Assembly (NCBI RefSeq): GCF_006345805.1
Contig: NW_021833031.1
Coordinates: forward strand, 46,469-110,468
DNA length: 64,000 nucleotides
Direction of reading: 5' to 3'
Source: Octopus sinensis
Taxonomy: Eukaryota
Positions 51,425-64,000 of this stretch are shown here, one piece after another (position 1 is the first letter of the stretch; each line of letters starts with the position of its first letter). The position numbers and the translations under genes were made by a program. The notes under the pieces are model-generated. The model did no database searches, was not told the origin of the DNA, and saw only the letters and a program-made list of their open reading frames with translations.

Positions 51425-53668
51425 TGTATGTATGTTGTGTATTTGTGCGTGTTTGTCTGTCTGTGTATGTATAATATAGGAAAATAATATGACAGATTTT
51501 ACGCATAACATAAAGTGAAAGGGCGCCAAACAATAGGAAATATGAATAATCTGATAAGAGAAAGTGAACAGCCTCTTCGCCAGCTGTCGTTTGGGATTCC
51601 TTGCTGTTTCGATGCCTTGTGTCAGGCTCGCTACTATTTGGTGGCTTTAGTAACTTCTTGAAATATGTTCCTAGGTTTACAGAGATGCATGAGGGCCGAC
51701 TTTTCTCTTGGAATAGTCTACCTATTAAAGCATTATGGGATTTTGTTTTTACTAACAAGGAAGGTATTTACTTTAATTCATTTAAGATGACAGTATAATG
51801 AAACTCTCTGGAAGATGGTTAATTACATTTTACTTGTACACAATGTTATGTGTGGTCTTATAAGTACACCATAAAGGGCGTTGTTTTTTTATGCCCCCTT
51901 CAGGAATGTATTGAAGGGGAAGAACTGTGATTAATGAAGTCCCAATTGTGATCATTCCATCGGTTTTTATTCATACATAGTGTTGCGATGAATATGTCTG
52001 TCAATGTGCCTTTCGGTCTATGAAATGTCGAATTGGGCGCAATTGTTAGAGCAGAATGATTTGTAGTATTTGCTGCAGCAGTCTGTATTGTGAGTTCAAA
52101 TCCCGCCGCGGTCAACGTTGTTTTTTTTTATCTTTCAGAGTCGATAGTATTAACTACCAGTCCAAGGAAGTGAATTGTGGGCCGTGTTTAGGCATTTGCA
52201 ATAAATGCATTGTCGCGTTTGCTTCAGTCCCTTGCGATTTTCGTGATTGGAGTGTAGACTTAATCCGCCACCCAGTTTAACGCCATCACAAAGTACCCAG
52301 GGTACCTTGAGTAGAATTTAGACCAGATCTTCAGTCATGATTATAGTTTTGATTCTTATTTCTGTCATAGATGCTCTGGAAAATAAAGGATTACGGGTGC
52401 TACCCTTCACCAAGCTGTAAAACGTAATGTCTGTAAGGATTAAGGAAGAGTTGACTTATATTTCTTGCTACTGACCACATATTGACTTTCTCTCCTTCGC
52501 TCAGGTGATCTAATTAATTTGTATCGCCAGAGTTTTAGCGATTGTTTCCGTAATATATTGTCGTATCTGGGAGTATTTCCACGTTAACATAACAATCAAT
52601 TTAATCAAGTTTGTCTCTTAATTTTGCAGGACTTGACCGAATATATTTAGACCGTTGCCTACACTACATATCAAAACAAACTGATTTGTTATAAACACTT
52701 AGCACTGGCGACGTCGTCGTCGGTATTGTCATCTCTGGCACTAAAGACAACAAGGACATTCCAGCCATGACTTGTCCTTATTTTAGACACAGTTTATCCA
52801 AGACTACATTTTCTAATGTGCCTTTCATTATTTTTTTAGCCCGAATCATTACTGGTACCGCAGACTTAAAAATATTCCAGTCGTGATCTGTCTTTCTTAT
52901 AAGAGTAAAAATAAATAACTGGGATCTCTTGATTGGTGTTTTTAGGTAAAGGCTAACCGTAGTTATGAAAGTGTATAATTATGATCAAAGGTGATCCAGT
53001 CGTAACCTCCCCTTATTTTATTCTTCAATGCAGAATATTGTTCTTTTTTGGAATGACCAGATTTATTTCTGCCATTATCGTCTTTTTGGATAGTTTCGCT
53101 TCAAAAGTTCTTAGATTTTCTTCATGTCTTTCATTTTGACTACTTTCAATAAAAATAATCAATGGACGATATCTCAAATTTTTCATTTGCGAGATAATGT
53201 TTACGGCATATTGGTGAGTGAATCACTGAGGGTAGCTGAAGCGAAACTGTTTTCAAATAAGAATTGAAAGTTTGTCGCAAAGAACTAGATTTAACGAACA
53301 AACAAACGAAAACATAAAACTACTTTCTGTTGTGTGTCTTCTCTCACAATTTCGATGTGGTGTCAAGACTAGATTCAACATTGATAACAAGTGAATCATA
53401 AACCGCCTTACTTTTGGCGTTCTTCATTGTAAATTCTGAAGAAGAAAAAAGGAAGAAGAATTTCTTGAATTAAACATACAATTGGATGTTAGATTTTTTC
53501 TTTAGTTGCATCATTTAGTTTTTATTTCAATTGGATGTTAATGTTTTAGCTTTGCTGTTTTGCTATTTTATCACCTTCGTCGCCAGATTTTATAAGAGAG
53601 CAATAGAGTGAGTGAGTGAGAAACAGAAAGAGAAAGAGAGAGAGAGAGAGGGGGAGACAGCGAGAAGC

Positions 53669-53701
<33 letters not shown>

Positions 53702-55206
53702 AGTGTGTGTGATGGAGAATGGAAGATGATAACTTTATATTATTTTGCCTCATTTATTATCTATTTTTGTCATACTCACTGGTTGCACAGCGAATGTGAG
53801 AACAAGAGAAAGTATTATGTTGTGAAATGATGTAGACGCGAAACGTTCGTGTGTGATGACTTACAGAAATGTGTAATACAGTTGCATCTGCCGTTACCAA
53901 ACAAATGCCACCCTCCACCGCTCCTAATTGTTTTACTCACAGACAGCCAACTCCCCGCCACACCTGACGACACTTTCCTCTTTATTCTGGTAGAAAGACA
54001 ATTTCAATGTAATTCACAGAACTAAATGTAGCAGAATCAATCTATTTGGCTTCAATTGTTTACGGCAGTTACTTTGATATTGTTTGGAATTTAATTTTGT
54101 TATAAGTTCTCGAATTCTTTTATTCTTTAACTTTTAATTTTCCATTCAAAACTTCATTCCATTTATTTACTTCTTTTAGTAAAGAACACAAAACTACAAA
54201 TTATCTTCGTATTTTTATTTATTATTATTATTATTATTATTTTTCTTTTCTTTCTAGTCAAAGGACCGTATATTTTATTGTTCGTTTCTTTTAATCTTTG
54301 CTGGTTTCAGCTTTTTAACTACGACCATAATGAAGACTTGCTCGAAAGTAGTTCGTCGACCAAATCACCTCACGACTTGTTGCAGTAAGGTATCTTTATT
54401 CATATCCATTTGTCGTACCGCATCATCCGTGGTTTTGCCGTTTCTATGTCATTTAAAAAGAAACCCACATTTTTCACTGCAGGAAATGTATGTATGTATG
54501 CGCGTATGTATGTCTCTCTCTTAATATATCTATATCTATATATACACCCATAGACACCCACCCACACACACACACATGCACGCACACACACATACACACA
54601 TACACGCACACACACGCACACACACGCACACACACACACACACGCTCATTCCTTTTACCGTAAACTAATTTCCGCCGAGAATCTAAGATACTATTCTCTA
54701 CTGAATGGTAGCTCGACAAATTCCTCCTTGCTAAGAAAATTCTTAGAATTTTTAAAACTCGGGGAAAATATTCTTAGTGAAGAACCGGAAGATATGCAAA
54801 AGTGATGCCAAAATCAGACAAAAGGTGGCACTAATATCGAAAGGAAAGACGGAACGTAATACCAAATATGCATTGATGCGTACTGGTACAACTTTTCTAG
54901 GATTAACTTTGCTGACAGGTGGAATGGTATGATTACGTAACATAAATTCGTAACGCAGAGCTTTTAATGTTAAACCGAATAAACACATATAGTAAGTTGA
55001 TTAATTTATAAAGACATGGCATAAATTTAAACCACCCTCATTTATCATGTACAGTTGGCTATCAATCATGCACCCGCCAGAACGCGTTTCCGTACCCAGA
55101 AACGTAGGCATGCACATATGCACCAAGAAAAAATATATATACGTATATACGTACATATGTACATAAATACGTATGAACATACATGCGTATACGCATATAT
55201 TGTTCA

Positions 55207-56565
55207 CTAGCAGAGTTACCCGGCGTTGCCCGAGTTACAATTGAAGAATTATACTTTTCTGTTATATTTTTTCTCTAATAAACTGGAATATCTATGTTTC
55301 GAATTTTATCAAAATTGGATATGAGGGATATTTCCCTCTTTACACAACCCCCAAAAATTGTAATCGTGCCATATATATCCCATACCACTGATTTTTATGC
55401 GCATATTCCAAATTCCAGTCTTATTGAACCTGTTAAAAAGATTTTGCTCCTGAAAAATGAAGGTCATGGAGCACTAAAATGTGAGAGTTAAGGCCCCTAT
55501 TCGAGGTGGGCATCTTAATGTCAACCAGAGAAATTGAATTGTTGAGAATCTTTTTAACGTGGGTCTTATATCTATTGTTTGAATTTCTTTGAAAGAGGAA
55601 ATATATGTTCACTGGGTTTGTAAAAGAGAGCAAAGCTACAGGAAACCAAAAGACGAATGATCACAATAAGCATTCAGATACCCTACTGTAGTCGTTACCA
55701 CTCCCAATGTAGGATTCCTCACCATCCAGGTAACAGGCACAGCCGTAAGATGCATTACGAATCTATAGCAATTGAAGGGGCGTGACCCAACTGAAATAAA
55801 CATTAACAACTGTGTGACGTGAGGTCTAAGGATAAATTAAAGTGTCACCTCTGGAGTTTGCAAATGACCACTCTACTGATACGTAACTGGACAGAATAAA
55901 TTTAAAATCTATAACTGTCTTTGAATAACCAGTCACTCATCTAGGAAGGCCTTGAAATCAATGTTACCATCTGGGGACTATGTGTGACCGAGTGATAATA
56001 AAAAGACTGAAAGGAGGTCTGCAATCAAATAATTTTACTCAACACTTTGCAACTGAATCAGTGGAGGCAAAGATGCCCCTCATTTACTTGACAATTTATG
56101 CACCACATTGCAGAAATCACAATCTAAGTGTATGTCAAAGCAAACTGTTACACTGTTGTACCATTGAATTAGAAATAATGCCCAACCTACAGCTTCCAAG
56201 AGCAGAACTGTATTCGTTTTTGCTTTGATAAAATGACAAAATTGTGGGTGTTAAGTCCCCATGGAGGGGTCTTTCTAACTTTGTAAACAGATGAAATTTT
56301 ATGAATATTACATCATTTATGTCTAATATCTATGGTTAAAATTTCCTCAACAGCAAAAATATATGAAGTGTCATGGGGGTTATGGCCCTTATGCATAAAA
56401 TATAATTTCCAAATTTTATAAAGATCCATTCAGTACTTTTGACCTAATGTTGGATCATAAAAGAAATAACAAAAATTTGGGAGTTAAGGCTCCCATTAGG
56501 GTGTTTTGTATATATATATATATATATTACACACACACACACATACAAAGATAAATTGATAGATA
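55207..56565 (-). mobile_element. Helitron-like non-autonomous element (3' end clear, 5' end uncertain)
   Basis: Minus strand ends ctcgggcaacgccggg (hairpin)-taactctg-CTAG|T, a Helitron 3' signature; internal repeated gagttaaggc(c/t)cc motifs. Confidence 0.5.
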
Positions 56566-56811
56566 CAACTGAGTGGGCAAACAAAAATATGAGACACAGC
56601 CTAGTGCTTTTTTATGTTGATAAGCCTAGTACTTATTCTATTAGTTTGTTCTCGTGAAACCAGTAAGTTATGTGAATGTAAATAAATGAACAGCAGTTGT
56701 GAAGCAGTGATGAGGGCGAAACACAGAGACAAAGACACACACATACACTTACATATATACACAGTTATATATACAATTGATTTGTTACAGTTCCTGTCTA
56801 CGAAATCTATA

Positions 56812-58190
56812 TATATTGTTGTTGGCATCTTTTTTGTCTCGGGAGACAATGGAGTTGCGCATAAAATAATCTAGTCCGGCTTTTACATTTCATGTCCTAA
56901 TACATCTCTTGCCGTGGATGTGTAGTCCTATCCTAGACAAACACTCTCTCTGGCAGGTGCCGCAAATGTAGCGAAGACTTTGCCTGGCTGGTTGTAATGT
57001 CATACTTTCTTGTTGACGTCTTTTTTCTTGTCTTTCCATTTCTCCTCTCTCTCTATGTCACTCCTTTGTGTTCCCTCTTTTATGGTACGTCACCAATCTC
57101 CATGGTTGCTGGCAACTGCTTCCCAGTTGGTAATATTGATGCTGCAGTCATTCATGTCCCTTTTGCAAACATCCTTGTATCGTAAGAACGGTCTTCCCAC
57201 AGACCTAGTTCCCCTAGCAAGCCCTTCGTTGAGTATGTCCTTGGAGATTCTGCCATCTTCCATACGGCTAACATGTCCAAGCCATCTCATACATCTTTGT
57301 GTGAGGAGTGCAAACATGCTTGATATTCTTGCTTGCATGAGGACATCTTTGTTGGGGACATGATTCTGCCATTTGATGCGAAGGATTTTCCGGAGGCAGC
57401 GCAGGTGGAAGATATTTAGGCGACGCTCTTGGCGTGTGTATGGCATCCAAGTCTCACTTCCAAGTCTCACTTCTACTTACCAAGTCAAAGGCCTTTGCTA
57501 GATCAATGAAGGCCACATATAATGGCATTTTCTGCTCTCTGGACTTCTCCTGAAGTTGGCGTATGGAGAATATCATGTCAATAGTTGATCTGCTTCTTCT
57601 AAAGCCACACTGCGATTCTGGATAAATTCGAGAAGCAATTAGTTGCAGCCTGGACAGGATAACGCGTGCAAAGGCCTTTCCAATAATGCTTAGAAGAGAT
57701 ATTCCACGGTAATTGTTACAATCATCACGGTCACCTTTATTTTTGTAAAGCGTAATGGTGTCAGTATCCCGCATATCCTGAGGGACTGTACCCTCTCCCC
57801 AGTACTGACACAGAAGCTCCAGAAGGTGCCGAAGCAGGATAGTGTTTTTGCCGGTTTTGATAATCTCTAAGGGGATGCCGTCTTTTCCCGGAGCCTTGTT
57901 ACTTGCAAGGGAGTCAATAGCCTTGGTGAGCTCTGCTATAGATGGCAGACTGTCAAGTTCACACATGACTGGCAAGATCTTGACACCCTCGATTACAATC
58001 TCCGCTACCGTGGTCTCCCGTGAGTAGAGATCCTAGTAGTACTCCACCCATATATCCATTTGCTTGCTTTGGTCCTTGATGAGATCTCCAGTTGTTGATT
58101 TCAGAGGGGCTAACTTGGTTGCAGATGGGCCGAGGGCCTTCTTCAAACCGGCATACATCCCATGGGTGTCGCCACTGTTAGCAGCTGACT

Positions 58191-58192
<2 letters not shown>
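56812..58192 (-). mobile_element. RTE-clade (BovB-like) LINE, 5'-truncated with internal deletion
   Basis: KAPGKDGIPLE..NYRGISLLS..QCGFRRSRSTIDMIF..FIDLAKAFDLV joined to SETW..FHLRCLRKIL..RWLGHV.RM..GRP; C-terminal CGTCQRECLSRIGLHIH; stop at 56890. Confidence 0.92.
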
Positions 58193-58241
<49 letters not shown>

Positions 58242-58279
58242 ATATATATGTATATATATACATATATACTTATTCAATC

Positions 58280-58360
58280 CACCCCGAAAGAATGAAAAGC
58301 TAAGTCGGCCTCGGCAGAAATTGAACTCCGAACGTAAACGGCAGACGAAATACTGCTGAG
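58280..58360 (-). mobile_element. SINE family B fragment
   Basis: cccgaaagaatgaaaagctaagtcggcctcggcagaaattgaactc. Confidence 0.65.
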
Positions 58361-58425
58361 AATTTTGTAGGTGTACATATATATACACACATATATATAC
58401 ATCATGTACATTAATATATGTATGG

Positions 58426-58457
<32 letters not shown>

Positions 58458-59114
58458 TATATATTATATATATATATATACACTTACTCACATATACTCA
58501 TTAATATATATACACATATATCTTGGAAAATATGTATGTATGAAGTATGTAGATGTATTTTTGTTCTTGTCCATTTTGGTAGCATTGAAAAAAATCTTTG
58601 TACTTCAATTTTCTCAGAATTAATCTACGATTGACTGGAAAAAATACTCTGTACCATATTTCTATGAATAATATCTATTTATTCATTCCCTGGAGTTTCT
58701 TTATCTCAGGTCTGTTCACCTGAAGGGGAAAAAACATATATATATATTCTGAAAATTCTGTCTTTTGTTTTGCAATTCTGTCTTGTAATATGTATATTTT
58801 ATGTATGTGTCAAACATCATACGTACGTACGTACCTACCTACCGGCCTACATACATACCTACCTACCTACCTACCTACCTACCTACCTACCTACCTACCT
58901 ACTTACCTACCTACCTACCGACCGACCGACCGACCTACTTACCTACCTACGTACCTACCTACCTACCTACCTACCTACCTACCTACCACCTACCTACCTA
59001 CCTACATACATACATACATACATACATACAAACATACATACGTGCATACATACATACGTATGTACGTACGTACATACAGACAGACGCCCACACACCTGCA
59101 CTCAGCCCCATACA

Positions 59115-59151
<37 letters not shown>

Positions 59152-59375
59152 ATATATAAAAATACATAGATATACATATACATATATACTTCCATCCATC
59201 CATATATATATATAATGGGAGCGTGCTTTATTTATATATATGTATGTATATTATATGTATATATATGTGCATATATATATATATATACATTTATACATAT
59301 ATATATATATAATGCATATATATACATATATAAACATATATATATATATATACAGATATATACATATATACATAT

Positions 59376-59441
<66 letters not shown>

Positions 59442-60114
59442 ATATATATATATATAATATATATATATATATATAATGACAAATAATAAATGAAAAGATA
59501 ACGGAAACAATTTTTCAGTAGAGAGAGGGGGATATGAATTGCGTCAATAGAATATTGGACCTTTTTGTGAAAATCCGTTCAGTTCTTTAAAATGTTTTTC
59601 TTTTCTCATTTCCAATGACAATTTACACACTTTATTAGTCTTTTGTCCCTAACAACATAAAACTAAAAAATCATATATTGTGAACATTTGTAGGTTAGTT
59701 TTCGTGTTCTATTGGTGTGTTTCTCATTCATATCGCTCCCAGACATTTTGTAGACTAAATGCCAAGTCCTTCATTATTGGATTATATATAATTCGTGCTG
59801 CTTTGAATTAGGTGTCAGAAAAATGCCTTGCGCTATTTCTTTCGGTTCTTCGCATTCGTGGTTCAACACTCCACAATGGTGAACCTTGCCTTTCAACAGT
59901 CCGAGATTTGTGATGTAAAGAAAGAAGCAGGTACTTAGGTAAAAATTATCAACGAAGCACTTTCCCCTCATAGCTGATGTCCTTGGGACTAAATTAGAGT
60001 CTATTATTGCTATGATTATAATACTGAGAGCAAGAACGACGACGATGCCGACAAGATCCTTTCTATTCAAGACACTAGGCTTTTTTATTCTAGGCACTAG
60101 GATGTAGACACTTA

Positions 60115-60260
60115 GAGTGACTGGTACTTAATTTATCGATCCCGAAATGTTGAAAGGCAAAGTTGACCTCGGCAGAATTTGGACACAGAACATGAAGACA
60201 GAGAAAATGCCGCTAAGAGGTTTGTCCGCCATGCTAACGATTCTACCAGATCTCCGCCTT
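60115..60260 (-). mobile_element. SINE family B, diverged
   Basis: ctggtacttaatttatcgatcccg..gctaacgattctaccagatctccgcctt. Confidence 0.75.
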
Positions 60261-60319
60261 AATAATAATAGTAATAATAACAATAATAATAATAATAATA
60301 ATAATATAATAATAATAAT

Positions 60320-60350
<31 letters not shown>

Positions 60351-60829
60351 CAACAATAATAATGACGATGACAACAACAACAACAATAATAATGAATAGG
60401 AATGATAAAAAATGGTACTGAAACCTAATTGAAAACGATACCAGGCTTACCATCCCTACAGGAAGTGCAAAAAATCATGTTAGCTGGAATGACTCATGTA
60501 TTGAGAAGAGCATTATCGCTGTGAAAACAACATCCATTCATGAATGTATTTATTTATTAATTGTTTTAAATACATATTTTACCAGTGAATTTGCGTGTGT
60601 AAATACAATGAGCTTCTCTGCCCTATGTGTACGGAAAACACTCTGCGAGAAATGGAAGAAAATTTGAAGAAAGAAGGCCAAAAAAAAATATAATATCGTT
60701 CTCAAGAATTTTATGTAACCTTTCAGAATTTTGCGGCAAGCAAGTGTTTCCACTCCATCCTCATTTTCTTGTTAATCTTAACCTTGAATAAATTGACGAA
60801 GGCATGGATAATAAGAACAATAGTGAGAT

Positions 60830-61800
60830 CTGTGGCTCTGCCTTGAATTAGGCGTCGAAACCTAATCTGCACTCCGGCCCACCACTCGTCTCGACCACTC
60901 GAGCAAAGGTGCTTTGAAAACACGCTGACATCTGCTCGAAATCAAGTAGCACGTGGTCCCATGGTCTTTCACAGATCGAATTATAGCATTGTTGCTTCGT
61001 TGCGCTCCTGCCATTTGGTCCCGTCGAACGACATTCCTTCCTTCGTATCCTAAATTATGGGCGTTAACTCCAACAACCAGAACTTCGCGCTTTACATTGA
61101 TGGATTAGCCGAGGATCAAAGTTGTCGCTAGCACGTCTGCTACGATAACATACCTACGTGCCTCTTTTAAATTTCTAACCAGGTTTCCATTTAATCTAGT
61201 TTCCTCTATTCTTTGTTCCTTACTAAACACTTTCCATTCTGTTCCAGTTACGCTTGTCAAGATGAATCACCATTTCTAGTTTATCTTTCCTTGTCTCGCC
61301 ATCAACACCTGCCTAATTGGCTACTCTGGCTTCAGCAAGCATGCGCAACGGCAAAGCGGTTTGTAGCTGCCAGTAGAAGGGTCCCTGCTAATGAAGTCTA
61401 TCTATGCCGAGCGCACAGGTCATAGATTTGTAGCCTTTGTAGCTGAGGGCTTTAAATTATAGATAGCCTATGCTACTTCTCTCTACTGGTATAAACAGAA
61501 CTCTGTCTCTATTCGATCTGAAGGTTTGTCCAACTCAACACATTCAGTTGCAGTTGGAAATGTTTAAATAGGTTTCAGCTATTTGGCGTCCCACTCTCCA
61601 GTTGGATAGCTCCACTAAGGCTCATCGTGCATTCAAAACACCGTTCATGTCTCTACAATCACTAGGGGGCGTGATCTTCCCACGACCGATAGAAACATAG
61701 TCGTCCCATCCTGTCGGGGCGTAAACACTCATTAGCCAGAAACTAAGGCCTTCATTCTTGACTATGCTCAGTACCACCGTTTTATTCCGTGAAGTGTTCT
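60830..61800 (-). pseudogene. Degraded Tx1/L1-like ORF2 endonuclease and linker fragment
   Basis: VVLSIV..SFWLMSVYAP, DMNGVL, YKSMTCALGIDRLH*QGPFYWQL (GPGYWKLN-like), NNAIIRSVKD..; starts next to (AAAG)n. Confidence 0.7.
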
Positions 61801-61802
61801 TC

Positions 61803-61879
<77 letters not shown>

Positions 61880-62060
61880 TCTTTTTCTTTCTTTCTTTCT
61901 TTCTTCCTTTCTTTCTTTCTTTCTCTTTTTCTTTCTTTCTTTTTCTCTCTTTCTTTCTTTCATTCTTTCTCTTTTTCTCTCTTTCTTTCCTTCGTTTTTC
62001 TTTCTTTCTTTCTTTCTTTCTCTCTCTCTCTCTTTCTTTCTCCCCCTCTTTCTTTCTTTG
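61800..62060. repeat. (CTTT)n array
   Basis: Directly visible. Confidence 0.95.
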
Positions 62061-62166
62061 CGCGTTTCTTTCTCAATTATATCAACCTTCCTATTTCTTA
62101 ACATTGTATATTTTTTCTCATTTCATTCTATTGAATTCTGTGGTTATAAGAAATTCATAATATTTC

Positions 62167-62201
<35 letters not shown>

Positions 62202-62667
62202 GCATGCAACCACACCTTTTTGGTTCTTCTTTTAAACAATACTTTCTAAAATGGCAATATTTTAAAATCCATCTCACCGAAACTACCCCATCGAAACTAA
62301 ACAGAACAAACTTAAAAAAAACAAACAGAGAACGAAAATACGCACGAAGGATGATGAGACGCAAAGGAAATTTCAATTTTCAGACATTTTTCATTGTCGT
62401 GGTAAACATAAAAAAACAAAGATAACCAAAAGTAAGATATTGCATTTCATTTTTTTTTTAAAAAAAAGTAGGCGAAAAATAAAACTAATTATAAACTATG
62501 GAGAAAAACAACAACACAAACACTTTAAAAGCACCAACACAGAGAACCAGTAAGTAAAACTATACCTACATTAGTTACATGCGCTGTCCGTCGCTCTCTT
62601 TCTCTCTGTCTCACTGTCTATTGCTCTCGTCTCTCTCTCTCTCTGTATATATATATATATTATATAC

Positions 62668-62769
<102 letters not shown>

Positions 62770-63137
62770 CACATATATAATATAATATATATAATATATA
62801 TGTATGTATGTGTATATATGTATATATATATTTCTACTAGTGCTAATCTCATTGCCTCTTACTCTCTCTCCTTTCTCTCTCTCTCCTCTCTCTCTCTCTC
62901 TATTTCTCTTTATGCTAATCTCTCTCTCGCCCCTTCTCCCTCTGCGTCTCTCTTTCATTCGCCCTGTCCGTCTCCGTCTTCTTGGCTTTGCCTCTTTCTC
63001 TGAGAGATGATTTTCTATTACGTGTGCACTTAGACGAAATAATTCCTCACCCGCGTCTATTCCCTGCCTCCTGAATTCTCTTGTATCAAACAGTGTTCAG
63101 GAAAGGTGACACATTAGTAATTGAATCTGATATGAAA

Positions 63138-63138
<1 letters not shown>

Positions 63139-63178
<40 letters not shown>

Positions 63179-63241
63179 TAATAATATCAATAATGATGAT
63201 GATGATGATGATAATAATTATGATGATGATGATGATGATAA

Positions 63242-63338
<97 letters not shown>

Positions 63339-63392
63339 GTAATAATATTATGGTAAGGTTGATGATAATGGTAATAATATCATAATGAAAAC

Positions 63393-63437
<45 letters not shown>

Positions 63438-63470
63438 TAATAATAATATGATAATAATAATAATAATAAT
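63139..63470. repeat. (AAT)n/(GAT)n arrays
   Basis: Directly visible. Confidence 0.9.
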
Positions 63471-63738
63471 GCTTCCTTTAGCCTATAAGGATTATTATTA
63501 TGATGAAGACGAAAACAAATATGGGATATATACAAAAACTGCAAAAAAAAAAAACAAATATCGAAAGGAATTACAATTATATAATATCCAGACACACACA
63601 CACACACAACCACATATACGCTGAGCTAAGTGCAATACATACATACATACATACATATATATATATATATATTTATATATATAATACATATATATATATA
63701 CGTATTATATATATGCACATATGTATGTATGTACGTGT

Positions 63739-63782
<44 letters not shown>

Positions 63783-64000
63783 TATATGTACGCATATAGT
63801 TATATGTGTATAGACAGGTCGAAGAAAAAAGCCATTTGAGCGAGTGAGGAGAAAAGATGTAGCCATGTTGAATGGTGCATACAAGAAATTAATGTGTTTG
63901 TTTGTGGCAAAAAGAAGAAAAGAAAAAATAACGCAGTAGGGTGGAATTTGGAAGTTTGCATGAATTAAAATATATTGCGATGGTCTATGATGTTTTGAAA

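Noticed and set aside
51315-51798. 147-aa minus ORF and a possible + strand micro-exon (51682-51763)
   Set aside because: One third is microsatellite, no homology is recognised, and the splice signals are within chance expectation.
53960-54010. CUGACGA...GAAA motif
   Set aside because: Stems II, III and I cannot be formed.

Overview
This is eukaryotic, AT-rich DNA, almost entirely repeats. The microsatellite load and SINE families are consistent with an octopus genome, though that is inferred from recognising the repeats. No host protein-coding gene, rRNA, true tRNA or CRISPR array can be supported, and most listed ORFs are microsatellite read-through. Retrotransposons: two near-identical 5'-truncated R4/Dong-like LINEs with restriction-like endonuclease (RLE), in opposite orientation inside (AAT)n arrays; fragments of two other RLE families; five Tx1/L1-like fragments beside microsatellites; and internally deleted CR1 and RTE LINEs. 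DNA elements: mariner/maT derivatives, MITE-like palindromes and Helitron-like non-autonomous elements. More than 20 tRNA-derived SINE copies are present. The most notable signal is at 4.4-8.4 kb. A ~3.5 kb inverted-repeat structure with ~750 bp arms carries a canonical minimal type I hammerhead ribozyme (minus strand, 4504-4546) and a damaged mirror copy. It is followed by a second, unrelated fold-back element with degenerate hammerheads. Both look like Penelope-like-element (PLE) termini. Coordinates of degraded repeats are approximate.
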